Source: an uncultured Bdellovibrionales bacterium (lineage in GTDB: Bacteria > Patescibacteriota > Minisyncoccia > Moranbacterales > UBA1568). From it: a stretch of DNA of 64,000 nucleotides. Numbering within the stretch: the first letter of the stretch is position 1; each line of letters starts with the position of its first letter. Below, piece after piece: positions 1 to 8,650 of this stretch. The position numbers and the translations under genes were made by a program. The stretch lies in the NCBI GenBank assembly GCA_964594215.1, contig CAZQLN010000001.1, forward strand, positions 39,638 through 103,637, read 5' to 3'. Below the pieces are notes generated by a model that saw only the letters and a program-made list of their open reading frames with translations, was not told the DNA's origin and did no database searches.

Positions 1-49
1 TTTGTATGACTATTTTTGGATACATCTTGAGTCATTGGGTCTAAACCTT

Positions 50-769
50 ATGGAGGTGAGCGCAAAACAAAAAGAGGCACGTGAGCACTATCAGGAAACT
101 TTGACGTTTCTCAGGAAGAAGAAAAAAATCTGCTTTCTGACTACCTCGAGTCGGTGGGAGGGTGAGCCGAGTGGTAACATGGCCAAAAGCACGCTGCTTG
201 CCTATGAGCTTAAACATGATCTCGGTGACAAGGTTACCCTTATTGATGTCGCTAAATTGCATATAGTACAGTGCGAGGGTAATGTCTCGACGAATAACGG
301 TAATGTCTGCGGTATGGCTAAGGCGGTACTGCATGATGATGAGAAAAACCCATCAGGTCAGCACCGGTGTTGGGCAAGTCTCAATAATCCCAATGATGAA
401 CTGTGGAAGGTGAGTAAGGTGCTCCTCGAGAGTGACGTAGTGATTTTCTTCGCTTCAGTGCGTTGGGGTCAGACTAACGGTGTCTATCAGAAACTTATTG
501 AACGGCTAACGTGGCTGGAAAACCGCCACTCGACTCTCGGTGAAGACAATATTATCAAAGACATCGCGGCCGGTATTATCGTGGTAGGTCAGAACTGGAG
601 AGGAAAGGAAGTGCTCGAAACTCAAAAACATGTTTTGGAATATTTTGGTTTTGATGTCCGTCCAGAATTGACTTGGAACTGGCAGTACACAGATAATCTA
701 GAAGATGAACGACCGGAAACGTATATTGAAGGAGTAAAGGATTTTCGTAAAACATTTCTTCATGAATAA
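50..769 (+). CDS. Flavodoxin-like-fold NAD(P)H-dependent FMN reductase family protein (N-terminus uncertain; frame is open from nt 2)
   Basis: ORF 2..769. Internal Met at 50. Motifs ICFLTTSSRWEGEPSGNMAKS and VVIFFASVRWGQTNG are typical of flavodoxin-like NADPH-dependent FMN reductases. Confidence 0.55.
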   Translation: MEVSAKQKEAREHYQETLTFLRKKKKICFLTTSSRWEGEPSGNMAKSTLLAYELKHDLGDKVTLIDVAKLHIVQCEGNVSTNNGNVCGMAKAVLHDDEKNPSGQHRCWASLNNPNDELWKVSKVLLESDVVIFFASVRWGQTNGVYQKLIERLTWLENRHSTLGEDNIIKDIAAGIIVVGQNWRGKEVLETQKHVLEYFGFDVRPELTWNWQYTDNLEDERPETYIEGVKDFRKTFLHE

Positions 770-1043
770 TAATATTTCTCATAAGTACTGGTTTCGTCCC
801 AAAAAATTTTGGAGGGTTTTTGCCTTTTATTATCCAACATCACGTGCTGGGTATGTAGCTACACTCCTTCTCATCTTGCCACTGATTGTTATTTTTCAGT
901 ATATCGACAAGTATTCACATTCAGCTTCAGATACACTTTTCAATTTCGCTCCCTGGGGGATTGCTTTTGCCGCTATTTTTGATAGTCTGTGCTTCCGTTT
1001 TGGGGAATATCCTGCCTGGTGGAAGAAAAATAAAGCTACCTAA
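762..1043 (+). CDS. Hypothetical small membrane protein
   Basis: 93-aa ORF. Its ATG overlaps the upstream stop (ATGAATAATAA). One hydrophobic segment LLLILPLIVIF. No recognisable family. Confidence 0.3.
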   Translation: MNNNISHKYWFRPKKFWRVFAFYYPTSRAGYVATLLLILPLIVIFQYIDKYSHSASDTLFNFAPWGIAFAAIFDSLCFRFGEYPAWWKKNKAT

Positions 1044-1768
1044 CGTAGAATACTCTCTGCAGTTGGGACTATCTTATCGGTCCATAGAGTGTAGTGTTTG
1101 GCGCTTGGGTGCAGGCCATCTCCAGTGGTGAGACTTGGCGTGTCACTGACGCTTTGACTAACCTCCCAAATATCTACTACGGGGATATCTTCCTTTTGGG
1201 CCTCCTCGTTGATGATTTTATTGTATGAAATGAGTGCTTCAGTATTTTTGGTGGAGTCACCGAATTTTTTTCCAGATGGTGTGAGGCTGTAGTTGGGGAT
1301 AGTAAGTATGAAGATACGAGCCTGGGGTTTAGTAGCTTTGACTTTATCAAGCACGGAAACAAAACGTGTACGAAAAATCTCGCTGTCAGTGCCGCGAACC
1401 TGATCATTGACGCCTATAAGAAGAGAGATAAGATTGGCGTTACTGTTTTTGAGAATAGGTAGTTCTCGTTCGATCAGATCGAGGGTGGTGTAACCGGTGC
1501 GGCTTGGATTATTGAGAAGTTCTATGGAATAGCCTTTTTCACGTAAACGGGTAGTGAGTTGGTTAGGGAAGCGATCCTGCTCACGGACACCCTCACCAAT
1601 GGTGTATGAATCACCAAGAGGCATATATTGGATAGTAGCAGCCTTGTCTCCTGGGAGGGTTTGAGAATTGGTTTTGGGAAGGGGGTTGGATTTTTTGGGA
1701 AACAATAGAATGGCTACTATGATGAGTACCACGATAACCAACATGATAGCGAGCAGGTTTTTGGGCAT
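1040..1768 (-). CDS. SGNH/GDSL-family hydrolase (lipase/esterase-like) with N-terminal membrane anchor
   Basis: ORF 1040..1849; Met28 (MPKNLL) chosen at 1768. N-terminal TM helix. Blocks GDSYTIGEG, GVND and DGLHPS of the SGNH fold. Confidence 0.75.
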   Translation of the reverse strand: MPKNLLAIMLVIVVLIIVAILLFPKKSNPLPKTNSQTLPGDKAATIQYMPLGDSYTIGEGVREQDRFPNQLTTRLREKGYSIELLNNPSRTGYTTLDLIERELPILKNSNANLISLLIGVNDQVRGTDSEIFRTRFVSVLDKVKATKPQARIFILTIPNYSLTPSGKKFGDSTKNTEALISYNKIINEEAQKEDIPVVDIWEVSQSVSDTPSLTTGDGLHPSAKHYTLWTDKIVPTAESILR

Positions 1769-1772
1769 AGCT

Positions 1773-2063
1773 CTATGAGAGAGATCTGTTGATAGAAGGG
1801 TTGATATCTTCCCATGCATCAGTACGGTCAACTTCACGGAGGCGAGCAATTTCTTCTTCCGGATTCATGATAGCCGTCTTTAACTCATCATCGGTACGAC
1901 CAAGGTAGCGGGCCATGCCGATTTTTTGTTTATAGAGAACTTCTAATTCTGCACGGGTAAGAGTAGCTAGATCAGGAGTAAGCTCGGCTTGCATTTCCTC
2001 ATTGATACGATCATTATCCGCCTTGTCGTCAGGTGTCAGGGGTAGATTAAATTGTTGTTCCAT
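1773..2063 (-). CDS. Hypothetical acidic small protein
   Basis: 96-aa ORF directly upstream of, and co-directional with, the SGNH hydrolase. No recognisable domain. Confidence 0.35.
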   Translation of the reverse strand: MEQQFNLPLTPDDKADNDRINEEMQAELTPDLATLTRAELEVLYKQKIGMARYLGRTDDELKTAIMNPEEEIARLREVDRTDAWEDINPSINRSLS

Positions 2064-2111
2064 AGGGGTAGAAAGTTAAAATTCTGTCTTCAGTATACCA
2101 CTTTAGTCGCA

Positions 2112-2120
2112 TGCTATACT
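2112..2120 (+). promoter_or_regulatory. Extended -10 promoter element TGCTATACT upstream of the exonuclease operon
   Basis: TGnTATACT about 20 nt before the ATG at 2140. The same 14-mer CATGCTATACTAAG recurs upstream of pilC (14339-14352). Confidence 0.4.
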
Positions 2121-2139
2121 AAGACATATCTGTAGCCCT

Positions 2140-2871
2140 ATGACTAAGCAAAATCTCATTTTTCTTGATACCGAAACCACTGGACTGACTACCGAAGACC
2201 GGCTTTGTCAGGTTGCCTACACTTTCCAGGGCGTAGAAGTAGAAGCCTTATTCAAGCCACCTGTACCCATCTCTATCGAGGCTATGTCGGTAACCCATAT
2301 CACGAACCGTATGGTGGCCGACAAGCCACCCTTCGTAGAGTCACGGATGAAAAACGATCTCATGCAGATACTGGCTTCGGGAAATATTCTTGTCGCTCAT
2401 AATGCTCGTTTTGATATTGAAATGCTTAAACGCGAGGGCATTCTCGTTAATCACTATATCGATACATTCAAGGTCGCCTATGCTCTTGATCAGAATGATG
2501 AAATACCACGGTATGCGCTTCAATACCTGCGTTACTTTTTCGATCTTGAGGTACCTGAAGCTACTGCTCACAGCGCCCTTGGTGATGTACGGGTTCTGAT
2601 TGCTGTCTTTAATTTTCTTTATGAGAGAATGTTTGAGCAAATAGGGGATGAGACAAAAGTGCTGACGGAGATGATGGACATTTCTTCACGACCCCTCTTG
2701 TTTCGCACATTTACTTTCGGTAAACACATGGGTCGCACTGTGAAAGAAGTAGCCTCTGAAGACCCTGGCTATGTCACGTGGTTGTTCAATCAGAAGGTTA
2801 TGAATCGTGAGAATGGCGAAGATGATGATGAAAATTGGATCTACACCCTCGACTTCTATATGAAAAAATAG
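2140..2871 (+). CDS. DEDD-family 3'-5' exonuclease (DnaQ/epsilon-like) with ExoX-like C-terminal domain
   Basis: Exo I motif FLDTETTGL at the N-terminus. YALQY and HSALGDV follow. C-terminal GKHMGRTVKEVASEDPGYVTWLF matches the ExoX-like/KapD C-terminal module. Confidence 0.8.
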   Translation: MTKQNLIFLDTETTGLTTEDRLCQVAYTFQGVEVEALFKPPVPISIEAMSVTHITNRMVADKPPFVESRMKNDLMQILASGNILVAHNARFDIEMLKREGILVNHYIDTFKVAYALDQNDEIPRYALQYLRYFFDLEVPEATAHSALGDVRVLIAVFNFLYERMFEQIGDETKVLTEMMDISSRPLLFRTFTFGKHMGRTVKEVASEDPGYVTWLFNQKVMNRENGEDDDENWIYTLDFYMKK

Positions 2872-2907
2872 GTCAATTAGATTAAACGGGATAAAGAAAT
2901 AAAGTTG

Positions 2908-4398
2908 ATGATACTGACCAAGACTGACTTCAAAGAATACCTCCTCTGTCACAAGAGTTTGTGGCTCAAAAAAAACAAGCCGGAGCTCTACACACCGGGA
3001 GAGTTTTCTTTGTTTCTTCAGAAGATTCTCCAAGATGGCGATGCTGTGGAAGCCTACGTCCAGAAGCTTTTTCCGGAAGGTGTTCTGATACATGGTCACA
3101 ATAAAGCCTTGGTAGAGAAAACCCAAGAACTCTTACCACAACAAGGAACACTTTTTCAAGCGACCTTTGAAACTCCAGAAGGGCTTTTTGCTAAGATAGA
3201 TATTCTCAAGTGGAATAGCGAGACGAAGAAGTGGGATATCTACGAAGTCAAAGCTAGTACCGAAATCAAGAGTGATCTCAAACACAATCACCTCAAAGAT
3301 ATAACCTTTCAGACATTGGTTGTTGAATCAGTACTTGGCAATGATATGGTGGGGGAGAGTTTTATTATCTATATCAACAAAGACTATCGCCGAAGTGAAG
3401 ACCTCGATCTTGAACGCTTGTTTGTTTTTGAGAATGTTACCAATGATGTAGAGAGTATCCGTGATGAGGTGATGCGAGAAATGCAAGAAGCTCTCAAACA
3501 TCTCGCAGAAGAAGAAATCATTTACCAGACTTGTCCATGTTTTTACCGTACGAATGGTCAACGCTGTGACGCTTTTTTCTTTTTCAACCCGGACGTGCCA
3601 GCCTATTCAGTGCACCATATAGTGAGTGGCAAAAAGTTACAGACTTTACTCGATATGAATGTCTTGGCAATTGAGACTATTCCAGAAGATTTCCCATTGA
3701 CCCCGATCCAGCGCAAGAAGGTAGAATTGGTTAAATCGGGCCAGCCGGTGATTAACACTCAAGCTATTGCCAAAGAATTAGAAAAACTCTCTTTCCCACT
3801 CTACTTCTTAGACTACGAAACCTACAGCTCTCCCATACCGTTGCTCCCAGGTTATAAAGCCAATCAAGCGGTCGTTTTTCAGGCGTCTGTTCATAAACTG
3901 GATCAAGATGGGACTCTTGAACATTTCGAATATCTGGCCCATGATTTTACCGATGCAACCCGAGGCCTTGTCGCTATGCTCACTCAAGCAATTGGACCTG
4001 TGGGAGATGTGTTAGTTTGGTATGAAAGTTTTGAGAAAGGGAGAAACAAGGAGCTTGCAGAACTTCATCCTGAACAGAGCGAGTTTTTCCTGAATCTCAA
4101 TGAGCGCATCTTTGATCTAATGAAGGTCTTTACCAAGCACTACGCTGACCCAAACTTTGGAGGGAGTTTTTCTATTAAGAATGTTTTGCCAGTGATGTTA
4201 CCAGAACTAACGTACAAGAGTTTGGAAATTCAAAACGGTACCATGGCTCTCTCAGAATGGGAGAAAACAGTGAACAGCAACATGACTGATGAACGTCGTC
4301 AGGAGACCAGGGAGAATCTCCTTCGCTATTGTGAGCTTGATACCCGTGCGATGGTAGAGCTTTACAAAACACTCATTCAAAAAGTAGCAATGCGATGA
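2908..4398 (+). CDS. Cas4-like PD-(D/E)xK nuclease fused to a DUF2779 domain
   Basis: Track start 2905 is TTG; ATG at 2908. N-terminal Cys15 plus C-x-C-x8-C (CPCFYRTNGQRC) is a Cas4-type 4-Cys set. D...EVK motif (IDILK...WDIYEVKAS). YFLDYETYSSPIP and the downstream region match DUF2779. Confidence 0.7.
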   Translation: MILTKTDFKEYLLCHKSLWLKKNKPELYTPGEFSLFLQKILQDGDAVEAYVQKLFPEGVLIHGHNKALVEKTQELLPQQGTLFQATFETPEGLFAKIDILKWNSETKKWDIYEVKASTEIKSDLKHNHLKDITFQTLVVESVLGNDMVGESFIIYINKDYRRSEDLDLERLFVFENVTNDVESIRDEVMREMQEALKHLAEEEIIYQTCPCFYRTNGQRCDAFFFFNPDVPAYSVHHIVSGKKLQTLLDMNVLAIETIPEDFPLTPIQRKKVELVKSGQPVINTQAIAKELEKLSFPLYFLDYETYSSPIPLLPGYKANQAVVFQASVHKLDQDGTLEHFEYLAHDFTDATRGLVAMLTQAIGPVGDVLVWYESFEKGRNKELAELHPEQSEFFLNLNERIFDLMKVFTKHYADPNFGGSFSIKNVLPVMLPELTYKSLEIQNGTMALSEWEKTVNSNMTDERRQETRENLLRYCELDTRAMVELYKTLIQKVAMR

Positions 4399-4694
4399 CA
4401 CTGAAGAAGAAGTACACGGTCAAGGGAAAGATATTTGCCTACTCAGTAGATCCCACAAGCTGGTATTTTATATATGTCGATAAAAAAGATTCAGTGGAAA
4501 TCAAAAACAAAGCAACTAAAAAGGTGGGCTTTGGTTTCATACCAGTGGAAGTGACTCTCAAAAAAACCATATGGCGGACAACACTTTTTCCCACCAAAGA
4601 GGGGCCGTATCTCATCTCTCTCAAAAAAATGGTTCGACAAAAGGAAGGCTTGTTTGCTGGAGAGCGGATTACCCTTACATTTCGTCTCTTGTAA
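4395..4694 (+). CDS. DUF1905 domain protein
   Basis: 99 aa. ATGA overlap with the upstream stop. Pattern GFGFIPVEV...TIWRTTLFPTKEGPYLISLKKMVR...GERITLTF resembles DUF1905 (YdeI/OmpD-associated). Confidence 0.55.
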   Translation: MTLKKKYTVKGKIFAYSVDPTSWYFIYVDKKDSVEIKNKATKKVGFGFIPVEVTLKKTIWRTTLFPTKEGPYLISLKKMVRQKEGLFAGERITLTFRLL

Positions 4695-4731
4695 GAGGAT
4701 ATGCTAGAGTAGGTTTTTAGGATAAGAAGTC

Positions 4732-6063
4732 ATGACTCAAGATACAGCGCTGGCATTATTGCGGGCCGGTCACAGCGTGTTTCTCACCGGAGAAGCGGGT
4801 ACCGGTAAAACACATACCGTAAACGAATACACTAAATACCTTCGTAGCCGAGGGATTCCTTTTGCAGTGACCGCATCAACCGGTATAGCGGCTACTCATA
4901 TTGGAGGGATGACGATTCACTCTTGGAGTGGCATTGGCACAGCTAGGGAGCTCAACGAAACAGAGATCAAAAATATTGCTAAGACTGCTCACGTCGCTAA
5001 ACGTATTCGTAAATCAGCAGTACTGATCATCGATGAGATTTCCATGCTTGATGGACGAGTACTGACTCTGATTGAAACAGTCTGTCGGGTAGTACGTAAA
5101 TCCACCATCCCGTTCGGAGGCATGCAAGTCGTCTTGGTCGGTGATTTTTTTCAGTTGCCGCCAGTGACCAAAGCAGGAGAAACTCCAGAGTATGCATTTG
5201 CTAGTGAAGCTTGGGAACGTCTAGTTCCGATCGTATGTTATCTTCACGAACAATTCCGCCAAGAAGATAAGGTTTTTCTCAATCTTCTCAAAGCCTTGCG
5301 CGCTAATACTCTCGAAGAGACCCATTATGAGACTTTTCGTGGTCAAATGGTGACTGAAGATGAAGCTCCTCTTGGTATCACTCGTCTTTACGCGCACAAC
5401 CTTGATGTGGATCGAATCAACCAAGAAGAACTCCGTCAGTTACCCGGGAAAATCCACGCCTATCAAATGCGTGGGAAAGGTAAGGAAGCTTTAGTAGAAA
5501 CACTCAAGCGCACCTGTCTTTCACCAGAGCGTCTCGAACTTAAGATCGGTGCTCTGGTTATGTTCACCAAAAATAATTCTAGTGCGGGGTATGTGAACGG
5601 CACTCAGGGAGTGGTCACTGCTTTTCATCCAGAGAGTAAATTGCCTATAGTCAAAACGCGAAGCGGTAACATCATTGAGGTTGGTCCGATGGATTGGTCG
5701 ATGTTCGAAGGTGACGAGGCTCTCGCGGTAGTGACGCAATTGCCTCTCCGTCTCGCCTGGGCGCTCACCATCCATAAGAGTCAGGGGACGAGTCTTGATG
5801 CAGCGGTTATTGATCTTTCAAAAGTGTTTGAGTATGGACAGGGGTATGTAGCGCTCTCTCGCGTAAGAACACTGCGTGGTCTACACCTCTTGGGTATGAA
5901 TAACAAAGCGACACAAGTACATCCACATATTAGAGCAGTTGATCAAGAATTTAAAATTGCCTCTGAAGAAGCGAGAAGTAAATACGAAGCTATTGATGAT
6001 AACACTCGCGCACAACTTGAGACTAACTTTATTTTGGTTTCTGGCGGTAAGCGAGGGGAGTAG
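4732..6063 (+). CDS. PIF1/RecD-like superfamily 1 DNA helicase
   Basis: Walker A GEAGTGKT, Walker B LIIDEISM and FQLPPV motifs. The C-terminal HKSQG...VALSR region matches the Pif1 family. Confidence 0.85.
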   Translation: MTQDTALALLRAGHSVFLTGEAGTGKTHTVNEYTKYLRSRGIPFAVTASTGIAATHIGGMTIHSWSGIGTARELNETEIKNIAKTAHVAKRIRKSAVLIIDEISMLDGRVLTLIETVCRVVRKSTIPFGGMQVVLVGDFFQLPPVTKAGETPEYAFASEAWERLVPIVCYLHEQFRQEDKVFLNLLKALRANTLEETHYETFRGQMVTEDEAPLGITRLYAHNLDVDRINQEELRQLPGKIHAYQMRGKGKEALVETLKRTCLSPERLELKIGALVMFTKNNSSAGYVNGTQGVVTAFHPESKLPIVKTRSGNIIEVGPMDWSMFEGDEALAVVTQLPLRLAWALTIHKSQGTSLDAAVIDLSKVFEYGQGYVALSRVRTLRGLHLLGMNNKATQVHPHIRAVDQEFKIASEEARSKYEAIDDNTRAQLETNFILVSGGKRGE

Positions 6064-6240
6064 TTTTTGGATACAAAAAAAGCCCTCAATGCGGGCAAAC
6101 GGGTCTGGGTCCCTAGAAGTGAGTATCGGAAAAAAATTTACTTTTTTCCCTATAAAATATAGGTGGGTCCCAATTAGAGAGCCGAAGCTCTGTCGCGTAC
6201 CTTTCTGAAGGCTTTCATATACAGTATATCATATAAAAAA

Positions 6241-6271
6241 ATCACCTCCCGAAGCGTTGCTTGGGAGGTGT
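6241..6271 (-). terminator. Rho-independent terminator overlapping the stop codon of the minus-strand gene
   Basis: Stem CACCTCCC (6244-6251) / GGGAGGTG (6263-6270). An A-run at 6234-6240 gives a U-tract on the minus strand. Confidence 0.55.
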
Positions 6272-6886
6272 GGGATCACCAGTACACTGATAGCCTTGAT
6301 TGCGATCAAGGCCATACTCAGTCTCACCGGTCTTGCTGGTAATCCAAAAGTAGATGATGGGTACACAGGCATTTCGCATTTTTGTTTGGCCTAGTTGAGA
6401 CAGTTTCGCCTGAAAATCTAGGTAGGCTTTACGCGCAGCGATTTCTTCATTCGTGAGGGGCTTGTCTTTGACTGCCCAATCACCAGAAACAATCAATCGA
6501 TCAAAGATAGTTGGCCATTCTTGATGAATGATTTGATCGCGCTCATCAAGAAGAGCTGAAAGCTGTTCTTCTGAGCATTTCTCAAAGCGCATACATTCCT
6601 GAAAATTTTCGAAGTTGTTTGTGAGGCGTGGAGAGCGGCGCATGAACTCATTGCTGACCGCAGTGATACCTTCTTCATAGAGTTTCAGATTACTCCACGG
6701 GTTGAGAGCTCGGATATTACCTCCAAGAGTAGAGAGAATAAAAAGACAGAGTCCAGCTAAGGCAACGAGTGTGGCTATGAGCCAAACGAAGTTCTTTAGG
6801 TGGTATAAATGAGTCTTGGACACAAGTATCTCCAAAAAGTGAAAGAACCAGGAGCGTAGTATAGAAAGAAATAAAAAATGAGTCAA
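6242..6886 (-). CDS. Hypothetical membrane-anchored protein (TTG start)
   Basis: 214-aa ORF. N-terminal TM segment WLIATLVALAGLCLFILS. The track start codon is TTG with no clear RBS. Its own terminator supports expression. Confidence 0.4.
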   Translation of the reverse strand: MTHFLFLSILRSWFFHFLEILVSKTHLYHLKNFVWLIATLVALAGLCLFILSTLGGNIRALNPWSNLKLYEEGITAVSNEFMRRSPRLTNNFENFQECMRFEKCSEEQLSALLDERDQIIHQEWPTIFDRLIVSGDWAVKDKPLTNEEIAARKAYLDFQAKLSQLGQTKMRNACVPIIYFWITSKTGETEYGLDRNQGYQCTGDPTPPKQRFGR

Positions 6887-6899
6887 TATATCAAGAGTA

Positions 6900-6928
6900 T
6901 TGACGATTAGTACACAAGGCGTTAAAAT
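6900..6928 (+). promoter_or_regulatory. Sigma70-like promoter TTGACG-17-TAAAAT for the first island gene
   Basis: -35 at 6900-6905, -10 at 6923-6928, 17-nt spacer. Confidence 0.5.
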
Positions 6929-6987
6929 TTTTTGGCGTGCATTTCACAGGGAGGTGCAGCAGTTTTCTCAAGAGGGAGAGATACGAC

Positions 6988-7305
6988 ATGGATAAGCCTC
7001 TGCCGAAGTGTGCAGTTTTTGGCCTCGCCAGAACACAGCCGGCTCGCGATGTATTGAAAGCGGCTCTGGGTCCCAATATTCCGTCGGACATCGTTTTGAT
7101 GGAAATTTGTCCGGACAACAAGCCAAGACCTCGCAAAGTTTTCCCAATGTCTGAGAGAGACGTCGTGGCATGCCTAAAGGCTTTGCCGAAGCTGTCTGGT
7201 AGGGTCGATCAGGAATTCGGCTTTTTCCGACAAACCAACAAACCAAGGCAGATTAAATTGGTCTGTCCACGGCAATTGGCTCAGGCAGTAGGCGTCACAG
7301 TCTAA
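6988..7305 (+). CDS. Orphan small protein (GC-rich island gene 1)
   Basis: Track ORF 6937..7305 starts at GTG. ATG at 6988 has RBS AGGGAGAG 8 nt upstream. 105 aa. GC visibly higher than flanks. No recognisable domain. Confidence 0.45.
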   Translation: MDKPLPKCAVFGLARTQPARDVLKAALGPNIPSDIVLMEICPDNKPRPRKVFPMSERDVVACLKALPKLSGRVDQEFGFFRQTNKPRQIKLVCPRQLAQAVGVTV

Positions 7306-7339
7306 CTCTATAGCGGAGTCTATCCCAGAGGATGTACAT

Positions 7340-7379
7340 GGCGGGTTCGAGATTTCTCGGCCCGCCATATTTTTATATC
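7340..7379 (+). terminator. Rho-independent terminator (hairpin copy 1)
   Basis: GGCGGGTTCGAGA-TTT-CTCGGCCCGCC followed by ATATTTTTATAT. Confidence 0.6.
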
Positions 7380-7389
7380 AAGCCAGACC

Positions 7390-7418
7390 TTGACTGAAAG
7401 GCTCTAACAGGGTAGGAT
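7390..7418 (+). promoter_or_regulatory. Putative promoter TTGACT-17-TAGGAT for island gene 2
   Basis: -35 at 7390-7395, -10 at 7413-7418. Confidence 0.35.
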
Positions 7419-7468
7419 TTTCAGGTGCATCTCAAGGGGAGGTGCGCGTAAACAAGAGGGAATATTGC

Positions 7469-7945
7469 ATGCCACCAGCAATGCAAAATACAGCTGTTTC
7501 GCAATCTCCGGTCAGTCGCGGTCATGCAGGGCGTGCCCCTGCTCCGATACGCGATCGGTCTACGAAGCCGGGACTTGTCTTGGTGCAAGAAGAGAGGGGT
7601 CATGAGGAGACCTCCTTGCTCAAAACTCTGTATCCTGGAAGGGTGTTTGGCTGTGAAAAGGGACCTCGTCCCCGAGCGAGGAAGAGGGTCTTATTGTACG
7701 ACCTCTCTTCAAAAGCTCGCAGTGCTATCCTGGAAATGGATGCGACCGGTCATTACGGCCAGGATAACTTGCCGGCAAAGTCCGACATTACCGAACCGAT
7801 TGACGACGGCAACAATACTATGGCGACCGGCCCTCTCCGGACCATGGATTATTTCGAAGCTCTGAAGGCCATGGAGAAGCTCGATCCCGAGATTTCCTTC
7901 AAGGCTGCGGGGCAGATCAGTCATGGGAACTTTTATCCCATGTAA
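7469..7945 (+). CDS. Orphan small protein (GC-rich island gene 2)
   Basis: ATG at 7469 preceded by GAGGGA. The 5' UTR shares GGGAGGTGC...CAAGAGGGA with gene 1. 158 aa, no recognisable domain. Confidence 0.45.
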   Translation: MPPAMQNTAVSQSPVSRGHAGRAPAPIRDRSTKPGLVLVQEERGHEETSLLKTLYPGRVFGCEKGPRPRARKRVLLYDLSSKARSAILEMDATGHYGQDNLPAKSDITEPIDDGNNTMATGPLRTMDYFEALKAMEKLDPEISFKAAGQISHGNFYPM

Positions 7946-7976
7946 ATGCAGGCAAAAGGCTGAGGTTTAGGGAAAA

Positions 7977-8020
7977 GGGGCGGGTTCGAGATTTCTCGAC
8001 CCGCCCGCTTACTTTTTAGA
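7977..8020 (+). terminator. Rho-independent terminator (hairpin copy 2)
   Basis: GGGGCGGGTTCGAGA-TTT-CTCGACCCGCCC then CTTACTTTTT. Identical to copy 1 at 27 of 28 positions. Confidence 0.6.
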
Positions 8021-8037
8021 GGCAAATATTTAGATAC

Positions 8038-8066
8038 TTGACTAAAATATAAGGGTGTGTTATTAT
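8038..8066 (+). promoter_or_regulatory. Consensus promoter TTGACT-17-TATTAT for island gene 3
   Basis: -35 at 8038-8043, -10 at 8061-8066, exact 17-nt spacer. RBS AAAGGAG before the ATG at 8109. Confidence 0.6.
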
Positions 8067-8108
8067 GTAACGGCTAGATTTTGTGTATCTTGAAGCTTAA
8101 AAAGGAGA

Positions 8109-8534
8109 ATGCAGCCGATGAGTTACGGACCAAGGCCCGTATGTGAATTGAGGGCCCCTACAGTGACTGAGGGTCTCAATGACTATCAACAAGAAAAAAT
8201 AGGAGCGGATGTCATTATTTCAGAGACACAGGAGGATATCGAGAGAGCTATCATAGGAGCCCTGAACGAACGCTTTGTTCATGGTCTTGCCAAGGATAGT
8301 GTCATGATCATATTGCCAACTGATATTCATATGGCTCTGATCACGATCCGTACCTGGAAACCCGGACAAGAAAACTTTCCGGGCGTCTGTATCAGCAGAA
8401 CTCCCGTTGCACAAGCGAGTCGTCTTCTTAATCCCGCTGAGCCAAAATACTCTGGCTATATGTTTTCTGAAGATAAAGGTTGGTATGTAGTCACATCCGA
8501 AAACATACCGCAAGATTCTCTAGCGATGGCATAG
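8109..8534 (+). CDS. Orphan small protein (GC-rich island gene 3)
   Basis: 141 aa. Good RBS. No recognisable family. Confidence 0.5.
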   Translation: MQPMSYGPRPVCELRAPTVTEGLNDYQQEKIGADVIISETQEDIERAIIGALNERFVHGLAKDSVMIILPTDIHMALITIRTWKPGQENFPGVCISRTPVAQASRLLNPAEPKYSGYMFSEDKGWYVVTSENIPQDSLAMA

Positions 8535-8555
8535 CCCCATTAACTGATGGGCACA

Positions 8556-8597
8556 AAAAGCGGCATATTCCCAACCAGGGGTATGCCGCTTTTCACT
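8556..8597 (+). terminator. Rho-independent terminator
   Basis: AAAAGCGGCATA...TATGCCGCTTTT: 12-bp stem followed by a T-run. Confidence 0.6.
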
Positions 8598-8610
8598 TTA
8601 GATAGGCTAT

Positions 8611-8650
8611 AAATAAAAAAGGAACCGGATTACGCCTGTGGCGGTTCCGG
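8611..8650 (-). terminator. Rho-independent terminator for minus-strand island gene 4
   Basis: Stem GGAACCG/CGGTTCC. An A-run on the + strand gives a U-tract on the minus strand. Confidence 0.5.

Noticed and set aside
6150-6166. Small palindrome CCTATAAAATATAGG between the Pif1 gene and the convergent minus-strand gene
   Set aside because: A 6-bp arm AT-rich palindrome in a convergent intergenic region. Too short and common to interpret.
6891-7136. 81-aa minus-strand ORF across the island promoter and gene 1
   Set aside because: Overlaps the promoter and RBS of the + strand gene and has a Gly/Arg-rich reverse-frame composition. The + strand gene has far better start signals.
7340-7366. Possible tRNA fragment (GGGTTCGAGA resembles a T-arm)
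   Set aside because: No acceptor, D or anticodon arms in the flanks. It forms a simple 12-bp hairpin followed by a T-run, so it is a terminator.
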